From the NCBI GenBank assembly GCA_902582755.1, contig CACHSZ010000002.1:80151-144150 (forward strand): DNA of 64,000 nucleotides, read 5' to 3'. The notes beneath the pieces are model-generated. The model saw nothing but the letters and a program-made list of their open reading frames with translations, was not told where the DNA came from and did not search any database. How positions within the stretch are numbered: position 1 is the stretch's first letter; every line of letters begins with the position of its first letter. Of this stretch, positions 55,364-64,000 are shown one piece after another. Position numbers and translations under genes: made by a program. Origin of the DNA: an uncultured Alphaproteobacteria bacterium (GTDB taxonomy: Bacteria > Pseudomonadota > Alphaproteobacteria > HIMB59 > GCA-002718135).

Positions 55364-56226
55364 TAAAAACTTTGTAAAAGTAAAAATAACATAATTGCAA
55401 AAAAATTATTTTGTCTGAAATAATAATTTGAGCTTAACGGTGATGTTATATCCCATTTCTGAATTGCTATATACGTACAAATTGCGATAGTGGCTATAAT
55501 AATTGAACTAAGTAAAAAATTTGAGGAATTCCATACAAAATAAGACAATATAATTAGGATAATAAGATAACATGTTTGAACAAATCTTTTACCATTTTTA
55601 TCAAAATAAACTGCAGTAGATTTGATTTTATTTAAAACATCATCTGCTCTATCTTGGTAGGCATAAATCGTATCATATGCCAATGTCCAAAAAATACATA
55701 CAAAATACAATAAAAGATAATCAAATGTAATTTGTTTATTGAATTGCATTGAAACTATTAGCACACCCCAACTAAAAATAATTCCAAGGAATAGCTGTGG
55801 GAAGTAAGTTATTCTTTTCATAAAAGGATATAAAATTACAAATGGCAAACTTAACAAACCCAATAAAATTGATTTAAAGTTAAATTCGAGAAGAATGAAA
55901 AAACTAATTATTAATAATATAATTAATAATAATATGGATTCAGTAATAGAAATTTTTTTGGATGCTAAAGGTCTAAATTTGGTACGTGTAACTTTTTGAT
56001 CAAAATCAATATCGATGATGTCATTAATTATACAACCTGCACTTCTCATTAAAAAAGAACCAATTAAAAAAAGTAAATACCAAAATAATAGTTTAGAAGT
56101 TTCTATTTCTAGTAACGCTAAACCAAACCAGCAAGGCCACATTAATAGAAGGAAACCAATTGGTTTGTTAAGTCTTATTAACTCACAGTAATCAAATATT
56201 TTTTTTACAACTAAGTTATCCCACAT
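55363..56226 (-). CDS. ubiA: 4-hydroxybenzoate polyprenyltransferase
   Basis: NDIIDIDFD (NDxxDxxxD) and a second Asp-rich box YAYQDRADD. Polytopic membrane protein. Confidence 0.88.
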   Translation of the reverse strand: MWDNLVVKKIFDYCELIRLNKPIGFLLLMWPCWFGLALLEIETSKLLFWYLLFLIGSFLMRSAGCIINDIIDIDFDQKVTRTKFRPLASKKISITESILLLIILLIISFFILLEFNFKSILLGLLSLPFVILYPFMKRITYFPQLFLGIIFSWGVLIVSMQFNKQITFDYLLLYFVCIFWTLAYDTIYAYQDRADDVLNKIKSTAVYFDKNGKRFVQTCYLIILIILSYFVWNSSNFLLSSIIIATIAICTYIAIQKWDITSPLSSNYYFRQNNFFAIMLFLLLQSF

Positions 56227-56261
56227 ATATGAATATAATGTTATAATTCTAAACTATTGTA

Positions 56262-56993
56262 ATGAAAATGTCCAAAACACGATTATTTGTAACAAAAAAA
56301 TTATCATCCAATATTTTAATTTATATAAAAAATAAGCAGCACCACTTTTTGAAAAATGTTCTTAGAATCAAAAAAGAAGATAACATAAATTTATTTGATG
56401 GTTTGACAGGTGAATGGTTATCTAAAGTAATTTCTATCAATAGAGATAACATTGTTTTACAAATACAAAACAAATTGAGAGAGATTCCTCAAGAGTCTGA
56501 TTTATGGCTAATATTTGCACCAATCAAATCTTATAGAATGAATATCACCATTCAAAAAGCTACCGAGCTTGGTATCTCTAGATTTATTCCAATTTTGACA
56601 GAATATACAAATCAATCAAAAATAAATTTTAAAAATTTCGAATTAAATATCATTGAAGCATCAGAACAATCTGACAGATTGTCCATTCCATCTTTAGATA
56701 AAACAATTAAACTAGATGATTTAGTTAATAATTTTCCATCTGATAGAGGGTTAGTTTTTTGTAATGAAGGAGATGAAAATTTACCAACTATTTACAATGC
56801 ATTAATCAAAGAAACAGAAAAATATAAAAAATGGGCTGTCATTATTGGACCTGAAGGTGGTTTTTCTGAAAAGGAACGAAGAACCATCTCATCTTTGTCT
56901 TCATGCATATCTGTCTCTTTGGGAAAAAGAATTCTACGATCAGACACCGCAACAACAGCAGCAATTTTTTCTATTCAATCGGTTATTGAATAA
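56262..56993 (+). CDS. rsmE: 16S rRNA (uracil1498-N3)-methyltransferase
   Basis: HHFLKNVLRIKKED N-terminal PUA-like region and C-terminal IIGPEGGFSEKE...LGKRILRSDTA. Confidence 0.85.
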   Translation: MKMSKTRLFVTKKLSSNILIYIKNKQHHFLKNVLRIKKEDNINLFDGLTGEWLSKVISINRDNIVLQIQNKLREIPQESDLWLIFAPIKSYRMNITIQKATELGISRFIPILTEYTNQSKINFKNFELNIIEASEQSDRLSIPSLDKTIKLDDLVNNFPSDRGLVFCNEGDENLPTIYNALIKETEKYKKWAVIIGPEGGFSEKERRTISSLSSCISVSLGKRILRSDTATTAAIFSIQSVIE

Positions 56994-57091
56994 ATTATAA
57001 TGAGCGACAACCTGTCCTAGAATTTTGCCTCTAAATCACTGGTTAATTTACTGAATAATTTATTTATTAGTGTATACAATAACTAATTAAG

Positions 57092-59501
<2,410 letters not shown>

Positions 59502-59506
59502 TTTTA

Positions 59507-60427
59507 GTGGATGCTAAATCCTTAGAAGCTGGTTATAGCAATAATTTTCTTTTAAGAAAATTCAAAGGTTATTACGAACTAATGAAACCAAGAGTTATGT
59601 CCTTGGTTATCTTTACAGCATTTGTTGGAATGTTTTTGGCACCAGGGCAGATAACATTTCTAAACAGTTTTCTAGTAATTGTTGCTATTGCATTAGGAGC
59701 TGGTTCTTCAGCAGCAATCAATATGTGGTTTGATGAAGATATTGATAAAACTATGGAAAGAACAAAATTAAGACCAATTCCACTTGGAATAGTTTCAAAA
59801 AATGAGGCACTAGTTGTAGGAATATTAACAGGTACTATTTCTTTAATTTTGATGCAATGGTTCTCAAATTCATTAGCAACAAGTTTACTTCTTTTTACAA
59901 TTCTTTTTTATGTATTTATTTATACATTTTGGCTTAAACGAACAACTTCATTAAACATAGTTATTGGAGGCGCAGCCGGAGCAATTCCTCCAATTATTGG
60001 ATGGACTGCAGTTGTTCCAGAATTAAGTTTTTTACCAATTAGTTTATTTATAATTATATTTTTCTGGACCCCACCGCATTTTTGGGCCTTATCAGTTTAT
60101 AGATATAATGATTATAAAAACGCGAACGTGCCTATGTTACCAAATGTAAGTAGTATTGATGATACAAAAAAACAGATTGTTTATTATGCTGTAATATTAA
60201 TTTTATCGAGTTATCTTCCATACTTAGATAGTAAAGTTGGAATAATATACCTAACTATTGTTACTATATTAAATTTATTATTATTTAATAGTTCGCTAAA
60301 GTTAAAAAAATCTAAAGAAAAAAAATCAATACCAAATTCTGAAGGATTAAAATTTTTTGCTATTTCAATCCTTTACCTATTCAGTTTATTTTCAGCATTG
60401 TTGATTGATCATGTGGTATTAAGATGA
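59507..60427 (+). CDS. ctaB: protoheme IX farnesyltransferase (heme O synthase)
   Basis: GTG start, YYELMKPRV, a UbiA-family Asp-rich box NMWFDEDIDKTMERT, and PPHFWAL. Confidence 0.9.
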   Translation: MDAKSLEAGYSNNFLLRKFKGYYELMKPRVMSLVIFTAFVGMFLAPGQITFLNSFLVIVAIALGAGSSAAINMWFDEDIDKTMERTKLRPIPLGIVSKNEALVVGILTGTISLILMQWFSNSLATSLLLFTILFYVFIYTFWLKRTTSLNIVIGGAAGAIPPIIGWTAVVPELSFLPISLFIIIFFWTPPHFWALSVYRYNDYKNANVPMLPNVSSIDDTKKQIVYYAVILILSSYLPYLDSKVGIIYLTIVTILNLLLFNSSLKLKKSKEKKSIPNSEGLKFFAISILYLFSLFSALLIDHVVLR

Positions 60428-60531
60428 AAAATAGAAGAAGAAAAAATATTATAACTCTAATTATTTTACTTTGTATAGTTGCATTTTTTTATTTATGGAC
60501 TCTGTTTAAGGCTAATATTTTTGGAGTATAA
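60424..60531 (+). CDS. 35-aa single-TM protein between ctaB and ctaG (not in the ORF track)
   Basis: MKNRRRKNIITLIILLCIVAFFYLWTLFKANIFGV. Its ATG overlaps the ctaB stop (ATGA) and its TAA overlaps the ctaG ATG (TAATG). It has a positive-inside N-terminus plus one hydrophobic helix. Confidence 0.45.
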   Translation: MKNRRRKNIITLIILLCIVAFFYLWTLFKANIFGV

Positions 60532-61046
60532 TGACTAATACTAGAACAGCTTTAGGACTATCATTAATTGTTTTAACAATGATTACTTTAGTTGCGTTTT
60601 CGGTACCGTTATATGACTTATTTTGTCGTGTTACTGGTTATGGCGGTAAGACAAGTACATCTGAGTTCCTTTCATCATCAATTTTAGAAAGAGATATTAA
60701 TCTTAAATTTAATGCTGATGTTAATGATAGTATAAATTGGACTTTTACTGCACCAGAAAATATTAAATTTAAAGTCGGTGAAAATAAACTTGTTAATTAC
60801 AAAGCTACTAATCAATCTGACGTAGAAACAATCGGAACTGCGACATTTAATGTTCTACCAGAAAAGGTTGGTCCATATTTTATTAAAACACAGTGTTTCT
60901 GTTTCGAAAAGCAGGCTTTGAAACCTGGAGAAACAGTTGAAATGCCTGTTGTGTTTTATATAGACCCTTCAATTAACGAAGATCCAACAATGAAAGATGT
61001 TGAAGAGATAACGTTGTCATATACCTTTTTTAAATATATAGAATAA
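60531..61046 (+). CDS. ctaG: cytochrome c oxidase copper-insertion protein CtaG/Cox11
   Basis: N-terminal anchor, LYDLFCRVTGYGG, and the copper-binding CFCF motif (KTQCFCFEKQ). Confidence 0.9.
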   Translation: MTNTRTALGLSLIVLTMITLVAFSVPLYDLFCRVTGYGGKTSTSEFLSSSILERDINLKFNADVNDSINWTFTAPENIKFKVGENKLVNYKATNQSDVETIGTATFNVLPEKVGPYFIKTQCFCFEKQALKPGETVEMPVVFYIDPSINEDPTMKDVEEITLSYTFFKYIE

Positions 61047-61049
61047 TCA

Positions 61050-61895
61050 ATGGCTAATAAATCAACAACAGGGCAGAAACATCCATATCATTTAGTTGAT
61101 CCAAGCCCACTTCCATTTTTATCATCAATAGCTGGTCTTGCAATGGCTGCTGGTCTTGTATTTTATATGCATTATGGAACTTCTTGGCTCCTCATTCTAG
61201 GCACTATTGGTTTACTAACTATTATGTTTCTATGGTGGAGAGATGTAATCAAAGAGTCAACTTTTCAAAAGGTTCACACACCTGTCGTAGAACTTGGATT
61301 AAGATATGGAATGGCGCTTTTTATTGCTTCAGAAGTTATGTTCTTTGTTGCTTTTTTCTGGGCTTTTTTTGATGCAAGTTTAACACCTAAATTACCTATA
61401 GAAGAATTTTCAGAAACTTTTGATAGTAATGGTGCAGTTGGAATTTGGCCACCAGAAGGTATTAAAACCTTTGATCCACTTGATGTGCCTTTTTTAAATA
61501 CATTAATATTATTAATGTCAGGTACTACTTGTACATGGGCTCACCATGCTGTTAGAGAAGGACATAGAGATCAAGCCATTCAGGCATTATGGTGCACTGT
61601 TGGTCTTGGAATTTTCTTCTCATTTATGCAGGGTGTAGAATATTATGAGGCAGCTCATCATTATTTTAGTTTTACTGATGGAATATATCCATCAGTATTT
61701 TATATGGCTACTGGTTTTCATGGATTTCATGTAATGGTTGGAACAGCATTCTTAGCTGTTTGTTTGTATCGTGTTTACAAAAATCATTTTACCCCAGACA
61801 GACATTTCGGTTTAGAAGCAGCAGCATGGTACTGGCACTTTGTTGACGTAGTTTGGCTGTTCTTGTTTGTCTGCGTTTATGTTTGGGGTGCATAA
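61050..61895 (+). CDS. coxC: cytochrome c oxidase subunit III
   Basis: HPYHLVDPSP N-terminus, GFHGFHV, and AAWYWHFVDVVWLFLF. Confidence 0.93.
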   Translation: MANKSTTGQKHPYHLVDPSPLPFLSSIAGLAMAAGLVFYMHYGTSWLLILGTIGLLTIMFLWWRDVIKESTFQKVHTPVVELGLRYGMALFIASEVMFFVAFFWAFFDASLTPKLPIEEFSETFDSNGAVGIWPPEGIKTFDPLDVPFLNTLILLMSGTTCTWAHHAVREGHRDQAIQALWCTVGLGIFFSFMQGVEYYEAAHHYFSFTDGIYPSVFYMATGFHGFHVMVGTAFLAVCLYRVYKNHFTPDRHFGLEAAAWYWHFVDVVWLFLFVCVYVWGA

Positions 61896-62585
61896 ATTAA
61901 AAACTTTCCAGTAAAATTTTTTATATTCAGTTCATTTTGTGTTGCACTGACAATATTTTTAGGAATTTGGCAATTGCAAAGACTGGAATGGAAAGAAAAA
62001 ATTATAGCTGAATTTAATGAACTAAAAAACCAAAAACCACTGTCACTATCAATGGGAAAAATGAAGTATCCAAACATTGATGAGTTTACTAAAGTTATCA
62101 CTTTAGGAACTGTTGACAGAAGTAAAAAAATTTTTTTCCCGGCTGAAACATTGAATGGGATTTCTGGTGTTAGAATAGCCAGTTTATTGTCAGATAATCA
62201 TGGTAATAATTATTTAATTGATGAAGGTTGGTTTGAGCAAAGTAGATATGATTATTTTAAAGACAATAATGAAATAATAAATGCTGAAATTCTAGGATAC
62301 ATCCGATATCCAACTCAAAAAAAGATGTTTACTCCCGAGAATTCTATCTCTTCAAATGAATGGTATTATTATGATTTGGAGCAAATTCAAACTTTCTTAA
62401 ATGTTAAGATCAATCAGAAATTTTTTATTAGAAATATGAGCAATTATGCAGAGAATTTCTTAATACCATCATCTCAAAATCATAATTTTTCAAATAATCA
62501 TTTGCAGTATGCAATTACATGGTTTTTGATGAGTTTTTCTTTTTTGATTATTTTTATAATTTATTTATTTAGGAAGAAAAAATGA
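61896..62585 (+). CDS. surf1: SURF1-family cytochrome oxidase assembly protein (start codon unresolved)
   Basis: LGIWQLQRLEWK box, C-terminal NNHLQYAITWF plus a TM helix. The conserved N-terminal helix lies upstream of the track start (TTG 61974). The 5' boundary is given as the first sense codon after the coxC stop. Confidence 0.8.
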   Translation: MKNFPVKFFIFSSFCVALTIFLGIWQLQRLEWKEKIIAEFNELKNQKPLSLSMGKMKYPNIDEFTKVITLGTVDRSKKIFFPAETLNGISGVRIASLLSDNHGNNYLIDEGWFEQSRYDYFKDNNEIINAEILGYIRYPTQKKMFTPENSISSNEWYYYDLEQIQTFLNVKINQKFFIRNMSNYAENFLIPSSQNHNFSNNHLQYAITWFLMSFSFLIIFIIYLFRKKK

Positions 62586-64000
62586 AAACATATTTAAAAC
62601 TTAAAGAGATCTTTAATGAAGCTTCATTGACATCAGATATTGCAGGTATTTTACACTGGGATATGGCAACAATGATGCCGAGCAGCTCACGAGATCAAAG
62701 ATCAGATCAATTAGCCTATTTATCAAAACTTAGTCATAGTAAAATTTCATCTTCTGAAGTTGGTGATTTAATTGAAGACTCAAAGAATCTTAATCTAAAT
62801 AACAGTGATCAGAAAAACTTAAATGAAATGGATAGAGAATATAAATTAGCTTCTGCTATTCCAACGGAGCTTGTAGAAAAAATTTCAAAATCTTCAGCTA
62901 AATGTGAAGGTGTTTGGCAAGATGCAAGGGAAAAGTCAGATTTTAATTTAGTAAAAAAAGATTTAGAAGAACTTATAAATTTAACAAAAGAAGAAGCAAA
63001 TATTTTAGGGGAAACTTTTAAAGTTTCTCCTTATGAAGCACTAATAAATAAATTTGAACCTTCTTCAGAAGAAAATAAAATATCTGAAGTATTTGATGAT
63101 TTACAAAAATTTCTTACACCACTTATTGATAAAATTATTGATAAGCAAAAAAAAGAAGAAACATTTCAATTTGAAACAAGTATTGATGAAGAAATGCAGA
63201 AAAATATTTCTGAATATATAATGAAACAAATAGGTTTTGATTTTACAAGAGGAAGACTTGATAAAAGCGTCCACCCTTTTTGTGGAGGATCTACAAATGA
63301 TGTTAGAATTACAACAAGATATAATAATGAAAATCCATTTTCATCTTTAGATGGTGTTATGCATGAAACTGGACATGCATTATATGAGCTAAACCTACCA
63401 AAAGATTGGATACATCAGCCAGCAGGCAAATCTAGAGGGATGGCCATGCATGAAAGTCAATCACTATTAATTGAAATGCAAATCACTAGATCTTTAGCTT
63501 TTAAAAAATTTTTATCTAATACTTTAAATAAAAAATTTAATATTAAAGATAAAGCTACAAACCCAGACAATCTTTACAAATTAGGTACTCGAGTAAATAA
63601 ATCTTTTATAAGAGTTGAGTCGGATGAAGTAACCTATCCCTTGCATATTATTTTAAGATTTAATTTAGAAAGAAAAATTTTTAACAATGAAATAAATATT
63701 GCAGATATCCGAGATGCTTGGAATGATGAATTTAATAGATTATTTAATTTATCGATAAATAAAGACACTGATGGATGTCTACAAGATATTCATTGGTTTG
63801 CTGGATTATTTGGATACTTTCCAACATATTCATTAGGAGCACTCACTGCTGCTCAATTTGCGTCTCAATTGAGAACTGATCAAAAGGAATTAGATAATGA
63901 AATAGAAAATGGTGAATTTTCAAATTTAGTAAATTGGCTTAAAAAAAATATCCATGAAAAAGCTAGTTTTTTTTCAACTAATGAGGTTTTAGAACAGGTT
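62582..64000 (+). CDS. carboxypeptidase Taq-type (M32) metallopeptidase, 3'-truncated by the window edge
   Basis: Open frame from ATG 62582 (ATGA overlap with surf1) to the window end. Absent from the ORF track because it has no stop codon. Motifs: VHPFCGG, DVRITTRY, HEXXH as HETGHALYE, HESQS, IRVESDE. Confidence 0.88.
   Translation, partial: MKTYLKLKEIFNEASLTSDIAGILHWDMATMMPSSSRDQRSDQLAYLSKLSHSKISSSEVGDLIEDSKNLNLNNSDQKNLNEMDREYKLASAIPTELVEKISKSSAKCEGVWQDAREKSDFNLVKKDLEELINLTKEEANILGETFKVSPYEALINKFEPSSEENKISEVFDDLQKFLTPLIDKIIDKQKKEETFQFETSIDEEMQKNISEYIMKQIGFDFTRGRLDKSVHPFCGGSTNDVRITTRYNNENPFSSLDGVMHETGHALYELNLPKDWIHQPAGKSRGMAMHESQSLLIEMQITRSLAFKKFLSNTLNKKFNIKDKATNPDNLYKLGTRVNKSFIRVESDEVTYPLHIILRFNLERKIFNNEINIADIRDAWNDEFNRLFNLSINKDTDGCLQDIHWFAGLFGYFPTYSLGALTAAQFASQLRTDQKELDNEIENGEFSNLVNWLKKNIHEKASFFSTNEVLEQV

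Noticed and set aside
61877-62101. 74-aa minus-strand ORF across the coxC/surf1 junction, and the + strand ORF 61184-61372 inside coxC.
   Set aside because: They overlap well-supported coxC and surf1 coding sequence and have no motifs. Other antisense track ORFs were rejected on the same grounds: 807-992, 1443-1670, 5219-5401, 7784-8014, 9292-9519, 16644-16928, 19787-19996, 21599-21844, 22725-22967, 25941-26135, 26719-26925, 29173-29533, 30201-30515, 33616-33813, 36784-36978, 40948-41163, 41497-41779, 49498-49680 and 52985-53182.

Overview
This is a strongly AT-rich, very gene-dense 64-kb chromosomal window with about 70 credible protein genes and one tRNA. Intergenic DNA is minimal and many genes abut or overlap by 1-4 nt. 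I saw no IS element, integrase, phage gene, CRISPR array or recognisable transcription factor. Gene content and synteny (coxB-coxA-ctaB-ctaG-coxC-surf1, a HIG1-like protein, coq7/ubiA, ribF-ileS-lspA, ubiA-msbA-waaA-lpxK-lpxL) point to a streamlined alphaproteobacterium, most plausibly SAR11/Pelagibacterales-like. That assignment is an inference; no search was possible. Layout: 1-10.7 kb holds mixed housekeeping genes (acyl-CoA ligase-metY, coq7, dsbB, tRNA-Leu, galE-galT-sufE). 10.8-40.2 kb is an accessory-looking carbohydrate/polyol oxidation region. It carries four ABC importers (two CUT2-type, two CUT1-type), iolD, two D-2-hydroxyacid dehydrogenases, two paralogous Gfo/Idh/MocA oxidoreductases, three PhyH-family Fe(II)/2-oxoglutarate dioxygenases, a membrane di-iron desaturase-like protein, a leaderless Cys-type sulfatase, a ThuA-like protein and xylA, but no kinase, glycoside hydrolase or regulator. 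40.3-64 kb holds core genes (ribF, ileS, lspA, pgi, RNA-modification enzymes, xseA, lipid A/Kdo genes, ubiA, the aa3 oxidase operon and a 3'-truncated M32 carboxypeptidase). The most interesting candidates are: the recurring 'ABC importer -> PhyH dioxygenase' module (three times) with its sulfatase and desaturase-like partners; an all-Cys Rieske-like protein; an unlisted 35-aa ORF inside the cox operon; and a SURF1 gene whose conserved N-terminus has no canonical start codon and lies in frame with coxC.
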